From Octopus vulgaris (Eukaryota): a stretch of 64,000 bases of DNA. This document shows, one piece after another, positions 14,066 to 27,388 of the stretch. How positions within the stretch are numbered: position 1 is the stretch's first letter; the number at the start of each line of letters is the position of its first letter. The position numbers and the translations under genes are program-made. The notes under the pieces were generated by a model that saw nothing but the letters and a program-made list of their open reading frames with translations, ran no database searches and was not told where the DNA came from. The stretch is taken from NCBI GenBank assembly GCA_951406725.2, contig OX597818.1:62372001-62436000 (forward strand), given 5' to 3'.

Positions 14066-14361
14066 TAATTATTATCATTTCTATTTCACTTCTCAGAGAT
14101 CCCTGTTTCCTTTCCTCTGTTTTTTTTCTGTAAGAGCGGACAAGAACCTGTTGTCAAGGGTCTCACAGGTTTTCTTTCCACAATACTTAACGCATCTTTT
14201 ATCGAAAGCGAAAGGCTGAAAGGCAAAGTCGACCTTGGCAGGATTTGAACTCAGAACATAAGAACAGACGAAATGCCTCTCAGCATTTTGCCCGGTGTGC
14301 TAATAATTGTGCCATCTCACTTCATTAGAAAAACAAAATATTAATGTCATGTTAGATATAT

Positions 14362-14962
14362 TTTTTCTACTCTAGGCACTAGGCCCGAAATTTTTGGGGA
14401 GGGGGTCTGTCGATTAGATCGACCCCAGTACGCAACTAGTACTTAATTTATCAACCCCGAAAGGATGAAAGGGGAAGTCGACCACGGCGGAATTTGAACT
14501 CAGAACGCAAGAACGCTTCGTCGGTTACGACGACGCGTGTTCCAGTTGATCCGATCAACGGAACAGCCTGCTCGTGAAATTAACGTGCAAGTGACTGAGC
14601 ACTCCACATACACGTGTACCCTTAACGTAGTTCCCCAGGGAGATTCAGCTTGACACAGAGAGTGACAAGGCTGACCCTTTGAAATACAGGTACAAAAGAA
14701 AGAGGAAGAAAGAGTGAGAGAAAGTTGTGGTGAAAGAGTACAGCAGGGTTCACCAACCCCACTGGCGTAGCCTCGTTGAGCTTTAGGTGTTTTCGCTCAA
14801 TAAACACTCACTTTCGGTCTGGAAATCGAAAACACGATCCTAAGACCACGAGCCCGCTGCCCTGACTACTGGGCCATTACGCCTCCACTCAGAACGTAAA
14901 GACAGACGAAATACTGCTAAGTATTTCGCCCGGCGTGTTAACGTTTCTGCCAGCTCGCCGAC
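14362..14962 (-). mobile_element. SINE family C with nested family B copy (14512-14888)
   Basis: Family C sequence resumes after the insert; duplicated CTCAGAACG flanks the nested SINE. Confidence 0.8.
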
Positions 14963-15237
14963 TTATTGCCATGTTAGATATAGAAGCAGAAATGTGAAAA
15001 GTAGACAACAATGATATGCAGATATGCAAAAATACTTAAGTATCAATCCGTGCCACATATACATGAATCATAGAAGAGTATAGAACTGGGAAATGCTATT
15101 AAAGATAATTTATATTGCGACAGAAATAAAATATGCAAAAACAAACAGCGTCAATATCTGAGCTGGTCAAATAATGTGTCAGTTATATTTTTCAACCGAT
15201 TGCTAAATGAAGAAATAGGACAAAAGAAAATTCAACA

Positions 15238-15351
<114 letters not shown>

Positions 15352-15364
15352 ATATATATATGTA

Positions 15365-15419
<55 letters not shown>

Positions 15420-16089
15420 ATATATGTATATATGTATATCTATCTATCTCTCTATCTCTCTCTCTCTCTCTCTCTATATATATCTCTATATATATGTAAA
15501 CAGAATCAAAATCTGATCAATAGAATATTTTTTGTCATGAATGCAAGAAAGGTTTGGGGCAACGAGAACACAATTATATCACAGCCGCTTGTAAAGAATT
15601 AAAGAGAATTAACAAAAATACATATTAAACAATATTTGTATTTAAAAACACCTACATAGTTTGAAATCAGAGATAGGCAACGCAAAACAATCCCTCAAAG
15701 CTGGGAATAATTAAAAACAAACAGGCAAATATGTAGCTAACATCTCGTTACTTATAAAAATTCACTGTTTATAGAAAATAGCATTCCTAGAGACTGTACA
15801 TATTAACGGTGAATAATGTCTATATTATGAAAATGATAAAATTCTCAAAAATACAGCTGTTCCACAAAGCGAACAGAATTGCAATTAGTTGTACGGTGAA
15901 TTCACGTAATTATTGTAGGATTACTGGGAATAAGTGTACTTACCTAGATATAATGAGGGAAGAAGACTGATGCAGATAGAAATGTGTTACAAGACTTCTA
16001 AAGTAGCAATGAACAGAAGACTGAATGCTGCGATTTGTGTACAAACATGAAAGCAACAAAAAGTAACATTCTATTGTCAAGGAAGCTTA

Positions 16090-16688
16090 TAGATTCGCAA
16101 GAGAGCATGGCATTAACCCTGCATTAGATGAAGAGCCTGAAACCATTGCCACCATCAAACCAGAAAAACAGATCAAGCAGATTACAAGTAAGAATGGGCA
16201 GAAACAAACTGAGGAGTGGTGGAGCCAGAAGCACCTGTATGGACAGTATATTCTCCGAAGTCAAAATGCTGATGTAGATCAACCAACAACCCATCAGTCT
16301 CTGAGACGTTCAGTGTAGAAGATCAAAGCTTGCTTACCTTAAACTACCTGGCTAACGTTCTTCAAAAGGGTACTGACCCTAAATGCAGAATCTGTGACAC
16401 ATGTGACAAAACAATAATCTACACGATAGTATTTGCATTGGAAAATATGTAAACACAATAAAAATCAGCACTGCTCCTAACTGATATGAACATTTTAAAC
16501 CAATCGTTGGCGGTGAAAACGTCACCGTCCTCTGGGATTTTCCAGTCAAAATTGAGAGAACGATCAAGGCTAATCGACCAGACATGATTATTAAACACGG
16601 GGAAGAAAATACTTGCACATTAATAGATATAAGGGTTCCCACTGATAAAAATATAGGTGTAAAGGAATCTGACAAATTAAATAAATAT
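16090..16688 (+). mobile_element. R4/Dong-type RLE LINE fragment (zinc knuckle + RLE)
   Basis: DPKCRIC..YLHWKIC..VLWDFPVKIERTIKANRPDMIIK..LIDIRVP with frameshifts. Confidence 0.75.
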
Positions 16689-17039
16689 AGGCGCAGGAGT
16701 GGCTGTGTGGTAAGTAGCTTGCTTACCAACCACATGGTTCCGGGTTTTGAATAATTCACTTCTGGAAACATGGGTGGTTCTTTCAACATCCTTAAACAAC
16801 CCTTATTCAGAGACCTTTTGAGCGGGATGTGCTACTCAACCTGAAGAAAATTCTAACTGGACCCCACCTGCAAGGTCATGTGCTGTTTATCTTGATATGA
16901 GATCACCATGTCGCGCACATATGGTTGTGATGCATGTGCCTGGTATAACCTTATCATACGGGTAGTCATGATGGGTATATTGGGCTTCGTATATTTTACC
17001 CCAGTGTCACTTTGATGGCATGAACTGCTCTCTCACTCA

Positions 17040-17040
<1 letters not shown>
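16689..17040 (+). mobile_element. Chimera: SINE family A head joined to 3' half of the (TAA)n-associated element D
   Basis: GGCGCAGGAG..CCGGGTT then TTGAATAATTCAC..CTCACTCA followed by (ATA)n. Confidence 0.75.
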
Positions 17041-17413
<373 letters not shown>

Positions 17414-17539
17414 AAATGTAACAATAGTGTGCTAATTACCGACATAACTATTATGTTGTTCAGAAGCAATCTGAATAGTTAAGAAATGATAGCGTCCTGC
17501 TTGTTGAATTAAATTCATTACAGCAATTAAGAAACGTGT

Positions 17540-17897
17540 CAATACCACAGATTTGCTTGTCAGTTGTTTGACCTTAACCAGTTGAGCATGTCCCTTAGTG
17601 GCTGACGATATGTGCATCTCTGATCACAAGCAGAAGTAGTGGGGGAGCATCATAGCCATGTGTTGAGAGGGATTCTTTGGGGTTTGAATAATTCACCTCT
17701 GGAAACACGGGTGGTTCTTTCAACATCCTTAAACAATCCTTATTCAGGGACCTTTTGAGCGGGATGGGCTACTCAACCTGAAGAAAATTCTAACTGGGCC
17801 CCACCTGCAAGGTCATATGCTGTTTATCTTGATATGAGATCACCATGTCGCGCACATATGGTTGTGATGCATGTGCCTGGTGTACCTTTATCAGACG
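17540..17897 (+). mobile_element. Element D, internal fragment
   Basis: Near-identical to the middle of 39134-39690. Confidence 0.8.
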
Positions 17898-17907
17898 GCC
17901 AAAGCTA

Positions 17908-18141
17908 CATGACTGCATCCTTGCTGGGGCACCGCTTTGAAGGCATTTAGTCGAACAAACCGACCCCAGGACGTTTTTAAAGCCTAGTACTAATTCTATA
18001 GGTATCTTTTGCCGAAAGGCAAAGTTAATGGGGCGTAAACAGGCCAATACCGGTTGAAAGCAGTGGCGCGGGACAAACACAAACATAAAGATACACACAC
18101 ATAGATATACGCATACACACACAATTACACACAGACACACA

Positions 18142-18170
<29 letters not shown>
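17908..18170 (-). mobile_element. SINE family A 3' part
   Basis: Similarity to 98-300. Confidence 0.7.
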
Positions 18171-18179
<9 letters not shown>

Positions 18180-18495
18180 TGACAAAATTAAAAGGGTCGC
18201 TTATTAGCAATTAGAACAAAAAGGCCAAATTAATAGAACTCACAAATGTGACAAGGGTTACTGACTAGCACTGCTTTTGCTAAAAATAAGAGTCGTGGCC
18301 TCTTTTAATTTTGTCCCCTATCCTCTGTCACTTTTGTGACCCCTATTAATTTTGCCTTTAGGTTCTAATTGCTAATAAGCCACCCTTTTCAATTTCTTGT
18401 TTACACTTTTACCATTTTGAAAATCGACACATGCTTTCCAACGGTTTTTCCTATAAGACAGACAGAGATAGCTGAGTTTAACCCTAGGCGTTAAG

Positions 18496-18551
18496 AGTCG
18501 CTGATGAGGAATAATATGGTTTACATCAAAATCCGAAATCGTGATCCGACT
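18496..18551 (+). ncRNA. Minimal type I hammerhead ribozyme motif, canonical core
   Basis: AGTCG-CTGATGA-GGA..TCC-GAAA-TCGTGA-TC-CGACT: perfect 5-bp stem I, self-complementary stem III (AUCGUGAU), predicted cleavage AUC after 18546. Confidence 0.85.
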
Positions 18552-18594
18552 ATATATGCTGGAGAGTTACTTCTCTTTGTCAGCCATTAAGTAT

Positions 18595-19235
18595 AGTGAT
18601 TTTGTGGCCGGGATCGATTATCGCAAAGCTTACGATATGATTCCACATTCGTGGATCATAGAGAGCTTAGATCTGTTTGGGTGGAGGCTCAATGGCCCAA
18701 TGGTTAGGACAGCGGACTCGCGGTCGGAGGATCGCGGTTTCGATTCCCAGACCGGGCGTTGTGTGTGTTTATTGAGCGAAAACACCTAAAGCTCCACGAG
18801 GCTCCGGCAGGGGGTGGTGGCGACCCCTGTTGTACTCTTTAACCTCAACTTTCTCTCCTCCACTCTTACTTCCTGTTTCTGTTGTACCTGTATTTCAAGG
18901 GGCCGGCCTTGTCACTCTGTGTCATGCTGAATATCCCCGAGAACTACGTTAAGGGTGCACGTGTCTGTGGAGTGCTCAGCCACTTACACGTTAATTTCAC
19001 GAGCAGGCTGTTCCGTTGATTCGGATCAACCGGAACCCTCATCGTCGTAACCGACGGAGTGCTTCCATCCCAGATCTGTTTGGAATTGCGAGGAATGTAA
19101 CCTGTTTTCTGGAGAGAAGTATGGCACGATGGAAAATCGACTGACATCTTACGGTAAGCTTGGCCACCCTGGGTATCAGAAGAGGATTTCCAGGGTGATA
19201 GCCTATCTCCGTTGCTTTTCGTTCTCTGCCAAGCT
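18595..19235 (+). mobile_element. RLE-clade LINE reverse-transcriptase fragment split by a SINE
   Basis: IDYRKAYDMIPHSWI..LDLFG | IARNVTCFL..FQGDSLSPLLFVLC. Confidence 0.8.
18681..19071 (+). mobile_element. SINE family B, full length
   Basis: tRNA-like head; 12-bp TSD AGATCTGTTTGG at 18669-18680 and 19072-19083. Confidence 0.9.
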
Positions 19236-19479
19236 ACACCTGAGCTTGGCACTTAGGGAAAATGATTTCCTTGTCTATAGTTGTTGTTTTATAGTTGAAG
19301 TTCTAACTTGTTTTCCGTTTGAATAGGAAGTCGGAAGTCCATAAAATCTTACATTTCTCCGACACAGGGAAGATGGTTGATGCTAACATCACCGCCAAGA
19401 GAATGTGTCTACTGCTGCGTTCCTCACTGTCCACCTTTTTTGCTATTATTATTATTTCAATGTCTTTGCACAGCTTCTT

Positions 19480-19669
19480 TCGCTGGAGATGTACTATGAC
19501 GCCTGTTGTTCACTACCAGTGAACTAAGGTAACAGCCCTTCTTTTTCGAGCACCGTCCAGAGTATTCGAGCGGTTCGAAGCAGTGCTCCACCCTTATTGT
19601 ACACCCTATTTGTTCCATGTACTTCTCAAGATTTCTACTCATTGTTCCCAGGGCTCCGACAATCATTGG

Positions 19670-19751
<82 letters not shown>

Positions 19752-19755
19752 ACTG

Positions 19756-19788
<33 letters not shown>

Positions 19789-20437
19789 ATACTACTACTA
19801 CTACTACCTTTTTCATCGACCACAACTGCTTAACCTCCCAAGCTAACCTGTCATATCTATCGACTTTTCTTTCTTTTTATCGCATACCGTGTTGTCAGCC
19901 GGAGCATGCATATCTATGATCCAGCATCGTTTGCTTTCTCAATTAACACTATGTCTGATTTCCTATTCTCTATCTCAAAGTCACACTGAATCATAAAATC
20001 CTCTAGGATCTTTGCATTATCATTTTCGATGATACCTTCGGGTTAATGTTCGTACCACATTTTACTCTGTCAAGTCCATACTGGTTTCAAAGCACCCAAT
20101 CGACAATCCTTGCTATATTGTCATGACGTCTCTTATATTCCTTCTGGGCTAGTGGCGCACATTGACTGGTAAAATGCCATACAGTTTTACCATTTTGTCC
20201 ACAAATTCTGCAGTTATCACTTTCCGATGTGTTGTCTATTCTGTGTTTGATGTAATTGGTTCTTAATGCTTGCTCTTGGGTATCACAAATTAGAGCCTCC
20301 TTTTCCGATTTTAAGCCAGTTTTAGTCATCCATAGCCACCTTTTTCTCTGAGTGTACACCCTTATTGTACACCCTATTTGTTCCATGTACTTCTCAAGAT
20401 TTCTACTCATTGTTCCCAGGGCTCCGACAATCATTGG

Positions 20438-20513
<76 letters not shown>

Positions 20514-21420
20514 ACCATGCTGTGTTGTTATATTCTACTACTACTACTATACTACTACTACTACTACCTTTTCATCGACCACAACTGCTTAACCTCCCAA
20601 GCTAACCTGTCATATCTATCGACTTTTCTTTCTTTTTATCGCATACCGTGTTGTCAGCCGGGCATGCTATATCTATGATCCAGCATCGTTTGCTTTCTCA
20701 ATTAACACTATGTCTGATTTCCTATTCTCTATCTCAAAGTCACACTGAATCATAAAATCCTCTAGGATCTTTGCATTATCATTTTCGATGATACCTTCGG
20801 GTTAATGTTCGTACCACATTTTACTCTGTCAAGTCCATACTGGCTTCAAAGTATCCAATCGACAAACCTTGCTATATTGTCATGACGTCTCTTATATTCC
20901 TTCTGGGCTAGTGGCGCACATTGACAGGTAAAATGCCATACAGTTTTACCATTTTGTCCACAAATTCTGCACTTATCACTTTCCGATGTGTTGTCTATTC
21001 TGTGTTTGATGTAATTGGTTCTTAATGCTTGCTCTTGGGTATCACAAATTAGAGCCTCCTTTTCCGATTTTAAGCCAGTTTTAGTCATCCATAGCCACCT
21101 TTTTTCTCTGAGTGTCTTCAACATCCCTATGAAGTTGTCAATGCATTCTTTTCTTTACCCACCTATTTTCAGTTTCATTCATTCTCAAGTGATTGTACAG
21201 TATCTTTGTACTCTATCTTTGCAATCTTTCATCCTACACAAGCCTGGCCTTCTTATTTCCAATAACACTGGTTCTGTAGCATTTTTATATACCATGCTGT
21301 GTTGTTATATTCTACTCTAATGCTGTGTTCGCATCCAATCAGTCCTCTTCCTCCTCTTTTTCTTGGTAAATACAGTCTGTGTCAATTTTTGGGTGGAGTA
21401 AGCCATATCTGGTCAGCAAC
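19480..21420 (-). mobile_element. R4/Dong-type RLE LINE 3' part with internal ~760-bp tandem duplication
   Basis: QEQALRTNYIKHRID..CRICGQNGKTVWHFTSQC..YKRRHDNIA..PMIVGALG; units 19589-20355 and 20357-21115. Confidence 0.85.
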
Positions 21421-21436
21421 TTCCTTCCTTCCTTCC

Positions 21437-21492
<56 letters not shown>

Positions 21493-21493
<1 letters not shown>

Positions 21494-22019
21494 GAGTGAA
21501 AGAGGAGTGTATGCCATCAAAATGATATTTAGGTAAAATATACGAAGTCCAGTATACCCATCATGACTACCCGTCTAATAAGGGTACACCAGACACATAC
21601 ATCGCAACTATATGTGCGCGACATGGTGATCTCATATCAAGATAAACAGCACATGACCTTGCAGGTGGAGCCCAGTTAGAATTTTCTTCTAACCCATCCC
21701 GCTCAAAAGGTCTCTGAATAAGGGTTGTTTAAGGATGTTGAACGAAACACCCATGTTTCCAGAGGTGAATCATTCAAACCGCAACGAATCCCTCTCAACA
21801 CATGGCTTTGATGCTCCCCCACTACGTCTGCTCGTGGTCAGCGATGCACATATCGCCAGCCACTAAGGGACATGCTCAGCTAGTTAAGGTCAAACAACTG
21901 ACAAGCAAATCTGTGGTATTGAGCAGAATATTTGCTGTAGCCCTTCTTTTATACCAAGACAAAACAATATACATGATAACAGATGCCATGAGAGCCACCG
22001 CCTGGTACTGCATCAGGGC

Positions 22020-22021
<2 letters not shown>
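21493..22021 (-). mobile_element. Element D, near full length, in (TAA)n
   Basis: Reverse complement of 39134-39690 with small deletions; (ATT)n on both flanks. Confidence 0.85.
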
Positions 22022-22103
<82 letters not shown>

Positions 22104-22149
22104 CACCACCACCATCATTATTATTATATTTTGTGAGTGGGTTCAATGA

Positions 22150-22680
22150 AGTAAACCTGTTTACGTGGGTCAGTCAGTATTCTGTAGACATTACAGAAAC
22201 TTTTACCAAAGGAATTGATATAACATTCAGATTACAATGTGTGGTTAAGGCGACTTTGATGAAAGGAAAAAATTAATTAAAATGACTAATAACAATCTAG
22301 ATATAGAAACAGAGACGTACAAATAGTTAGGAATCAATGAATGTGACAGAGTACAACAGACACAAATCAAAAGGAAAGATTATGGCGGACTATTACAGAC
22401 GTATTAGATTAATTCTTTAAGCCAAGATAAATGCAAAAAAAATAAAAGAATCAATAATGTAGATGACCTAAGAGTAGTCAATTATTGTAATAATATTTTC
22501 AACTGGACACTAAATTTACAAGCGAGGTTAGACATAAAGACAAGTAAAAGAGTCATTGTATTTCGAATACATCACTCAAATTTGACATCGAGACGTTATG
22601 TTTGTCATAAGGACATGAAAACAGGGTCGTTTGCGTTGAGAAAATTTTTGTAAATTTTCTCTTTTAGACTAGAAAATATT
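22150..22680 (+). mobile_element. Decayed R4/Dong-type RT C-terminal fragment
   Basis: ETYK*LGINE..YYRRIRLIL..INAK..FNWTL..RLDIKT..IHH. Confidence 0.55.
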
Positions 22681-22950
22681 TAGTAAATAAGAATAGAAAA
22701 TTTCGTTTCTCTTTTTGTATTTGGCTCGCAAGATTATTGATGTCATCTTGTGTGCTGAACCACATTGATTTTTTGTAAATTGGATGGGCTGTTATGCCAA
22801 TAATAAACACGTGAACTGTTTCTATTTCACTTCATCATCATTAATCAGTTAGTTAAACATTTAATCTATTGAATGACGGATTGTTTGATTAATTTTTCGA
22901 TCAATCAAAAGATTGTTAACGTCTGTCGACCTGATGCGGGCCTGAGACTG

Positions 22951-23001
22951 TTTGATTAATCGTTTGGTCAGTATGATTGACTGACCAAACGATTAATCAA
23001 A
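22951..23001. repeat. Perfect 22-bp inverted repeat with 7-nt loop
   Basis: TTTGATTAATCGTTTGGTCAGT-ATGATTG-ACTGACCAAACGATTAATCAAA. Confidence 0.95.
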
Positions 23002-23064
23002 AACAATCGATTGGTTATTAGGTAAAATTGTTAACCAATTGACCATTTGACTAACAAAAGTAAA

Positions 23065-23470
23065 AGGAGTGGTTGTATGGTAAGTAGCATGCTTACCCAT
23101 CACATGGTTCCGGGTTCAGTCCCGCTGTATGGCACCCTGGGCACGTGTCTTCTACTATAGACTCTGGCCGACCAAAGCCTTGCGAGTGGATTTGATAGAC
23201 GGAAACAGAATGAAGCCCGTCGTATATATGTGTATGTATATATGTATGTGTGTGTATATGTTTGTGTGTCTATGTTTGTTCTCCCAACATCGCTTGACAA
23301 CCGATGCTGGTGTGTGTAAGTCCCCGAAACTTAGCGGTACGGCAAAAGGGTCCGATAGAATAAGTACTAGGCTTACAAAGAATAAGTCCTTGGGTCGATT
23401 TGCTCGACTAATGGCTGTGCTCCAGCATGGTCGCAGTCAAATGATTGAAACAAGTAAAATAGTAAAATAG
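23065..23470 (+). mobile_element. SINE family A
   Basis: Head, CORE-like body, internal CA/TA tract, tail. Confidence 0.85.
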
Positions 23471-23519
23471 TGAAACAGAAACTGTGCGTGTGTGTGTTTA
23501 TTATTGGCTCAATGGCCCT

Positions 23520-23990
23520 CCCAAGATACAAAGAATAACAGAAAACTTTTATATAACAAAATATTTAAAACACACCAGCAAGATAAATAAAACCTTATTT
23601 TCAACACTCATGGACGATAACAATGAATAAAAAACCCAAAACAAAGACTAAAACCCCCAATAGAAGAGAATATGACCAAACGCTGCGTGTACTCCATCCT
23701 ATGCAGCTGTGGTAGATTATATAAATGCGAAACATGTCGCCCCTCAAAATAAGGGTAGAGGATCATCGGAAAGCTGTGACACGAGGAGATATAGACAAAT
23801 CTGGTATAGCTGATCATGTATGCAAAAATGGGATGAAGTTAAATTAATAGATAGCTAACACTACTGGAAAATACGAAAACTAAAAGAAGCAGCACATATG
23901 CTAGGACACAACAACCTCCTAAGCAGACCGAGTGCAGACATGAGTAGCATTTGGGAACCGGTATTAAGGAAGGATAGGAAAATCTAAGAT
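23520..23990 (+). mobile_element. Penelope-like element GIY-YIG endonuclease fragment
   Basis: CVYSILCSCGRLYKCETCRP..HRKAVTRGDIDKSGIADHV..WDEVKLID..RKLKEAAHM. Confidence 0.8.
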
Positions 23991-24051
23991 TTATAAGCAT
24001 TAAATTCCGAGTTCGATTCCAAGCAGTAACCTGAATAATAATAATAACAAT

Positions 24052-24535
24052 ATTGTTTTGTCTTGGTATAAAAGATGGGCTACAGCAAATATTCTGCTCA
24101 ATACAACAGATTTGCTTGACAGTTGTTTGACCTTAACCAGTTGAGCATGTCCCTTAGTGGCTGACGATATGTGCATTTCTGATCATGAGCAGAAGTAGTG
24201 GGGGAGCATCATAGCCATGTGTTGAGAAGGATTCGTTGGGGTTTGAATAATTCACTTCTGGAAACATGGGTGTTTCGTTCAACATCCTTAAACAACCTTT
24301 ATTCAATGACCTTTTGAGCGGGATGGGTTACTCAAGCAGAAGAAAATTCTAACTGATCCCCACCTGCAAGGTCATGCGCTGTTTATCTTGATATGAGATC
24401 ACCATGTCGCGCATATATGGTTGTGATGCATGTGCCTGGTATACTCTTATCATACGAGTAGTCATGATGGGTATACTGGGCTTCGTATATTTTACCCCAG
24501 TGTCACTTTGATGGCATGTACTGCTCTCTCACTCA
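24052..24535 (+). mobile_element. Element D, 5' truncated
   Basis: Matches 39207-39690; AAT repeats on both sides. Confidence 0.85.
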
Positions 24536-24721
24536 ATAGTAATAATAATAAAAAAGAATATTATAAGTGAAATAATAGATAGTAACCTTTAGATTAAAAA
24601 TTGGTGAACTACAGAAAGTATGGTGATATTCATATCACAAATTCAGCAGGATTATAGAGTTATTTCGAAAGAATCTCCTGTCAACAACAATCCATAAAAA
24701 ACTTACAAACATTTCAAAACA

Positions 24722-24782
<61 letters not shown>

Positions 24783-25481
24783 ATATTAGGGAATAAATCC
24801 AGACTTATAGGGAAAAATTAGATTTAGGATTAAATCCAATTTTATAGTATAAATATATTATATTATATTATATTAAATTAGAGATAAAACCACTATTAGG
24901 CAAATCAAACAGTGAAAAACATAAGCCAATACATAAAATTAATTTAAAAATATAAAAGTTAAAAATTAAAAAAATATTCAAATAATTTAAACTTATAAAT
25001 TTTAAATATATATATATACAAATATATTATATACATATATATATATGTATGTATATTTTTATATTTATATATTATTTTATTTATTAATTAATTAATTTAT
25101 TAATTTATTTATTTTTTAATATAAATATCAAAAGTATTAAAAGTTATATAAGTGTGTGTGTGCTTATTAATACATGGATATTATCTCACTCTAAACATAT
25201 ATATCTCTACACATATCCCTCCCTTCAACCATTTGAATATCTGCCACTATTAAATGAAACTCTTTTTCCAACCTTCTTTTGATGAGGTGAGGTCAGACTT
25301 ATTGTGATATATCTGAGTGCCTGTTTGCTGGTCCCATAATCCAAATTCTTTCATTATTCGGTTTGCAAATTACGAATATTACAATTACTATGTATCTCTG
25401 AGTTTCTTGAAACAGCTGTCGAATTAATAGATTATGTATTTTCTTACTATTCTGTATTTTTATACTCTATGTAAACGTATT

Positions 25482-25528
<47 letters not shown>

Positions 25529-26256
25529 GCGTGTAAAACTTTGTTATGTTTATTTACATTTCTACCCCTCCCTCCTCCCTCCTCCCTCTTTCACTCTCTA
25601 TTTACGTAAACATGCAAAAGGCCCCGACGAATGCACATCAGAAAATATTAAGGAAAATTAACAACGAACATGTAATAGTTATTACTATTCACGTATATTT
25701 ACTTCAATTACATTTACTTATGTATTTTTATCTGCTTATGCTTTATAAGAATGAAAAATTCCGTAGGTATGTACAGAGTACATGATGTGTATGCCACAAA
25801 ATGTTTGCTTACTTAAATGAATATTTTATGGTTTGAAATGTTGAAGACGGAGAACATCTAGAAATAAATGTAATTATCTAAATACACATAACAATGTCAA
25901 TGAAATATATAATAAAATGCATAGACGTGTGGATGCAAGTCATTATTTAATAAATGCATACGAAATAATATAAATATTCATTACAAACGAATAAATAAGA
26001 AGCAAATTTATTTTACATTTGTGCAGACATACCTCATATTTTCGTCTAGTCTTTTACGTTTTTATGTAGATCGCCCACACATTTTAAAAAATATATTAAT
26101 GGATGTTTTTTTTTTTCACAGAAAGCAGACTAGATAGGCGCAAAGGTAGGAAAGTATGTGATTATTAGATTTGAGAATTATTGCTGCCTACAAGATTCTT
26201 AAATTTCGACGAATGAAAGAAAAATTTGAATTCATCGTGTATATATACACACACAC

Positions 26257-26334
<78 letters not shown>

Positions 26335-26428
26335 GTATGTATATATGTATATATATATGTATTTATATGTATATATATGTATATATATATTTATACATAT
26401 ATGTATAATATATATATATATAGATAGA

Positions 26429-26461
<33 letters not shown>

Positions 26462-27388
26462 ATGAATGTATGTATGTAGAAGAGAGTAGTCTGTGAAAAA
26501 ATAATATATGTATAGCTATTTGAAAGCAAGCTATATTTTATTCATGCTATAAAAAAACTAATATTAATTTTATATTCTTTTATCTTCATAAGCTTATCTT
26601 TAAAAACATCTCTTCTTAAGAATATGTATCCGCTTAAATATTCTTAAATTCTGAATATGCAGTAACACTAAAAAAATTCTACAACTAGTAAACTATTAAA
26701 TTTGACATTGACAAGATTTTTTATAAAGTGATACCTCTTCATTTAACACAACAGATTAAAATTTTAGAAACGCAAATAAAATTAGAATGCAATTCGTATT
26801 AGGCTGATAGTTTCATGTGTAAAAGCGTGAAACAGAATATTCGAAACTCATTATAATCTTCGGATACTATCGTGCAGAGTTAGACGCACATTTGTAACCG
26901 TGCTTGTGTGTACATAACTGTGCACATTATATGTAATGGCATTAATATATATTGTATAGACTTCATTCTTATCGTGTTCACATTCAACAAGGGTCTAATT
27001 CAATGCAACTCCCCTAAAAATTTAATAACCAATTGAATTAGCACACACATATGTTTATGTATTAATGCTTAATTGCAAATGCCGTGAACACTAAAAGAAA
27101 AGACTACGGGAGGGACAAACTTTAAGGAAGAGACATTCTCTTCGCATTAAAAGATTAAGGCGATACCATATCAGCTTAATCTTCTACTGGGAAGACAATG
27201 TCTCATTGCGTGTCGAACGCAAGTCCTTCATCATAAGGAGGAATAAAAACAAGGCGTTGTGAGAAAGAGAGACCAGATGCACGGCATGGAGCGACGTGGG
27301 GATGTGGTTCTATGAGAGAGTAAAGAAGACAGAAGAAGCTACGTGCGTATGTTCGAATATCAGAGTGTATCTGCGTCTGGAATGTAAA

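Noticed and set aside
17600-17640. CTGACGA inside element D
   Set aside because: No GAAA or stem III follows, so not a hammerhead
18681-18760. tRNA-like sequence with A and B boxes
   Set aside because: SINE head present in many copies with body, tail and TSD; not a tRNA gene
25618-25656. CCGACGA..GAAAATATTA (HHR-like)
   Set aside because: Palindromic stem III present but stems I and II do not pair properly
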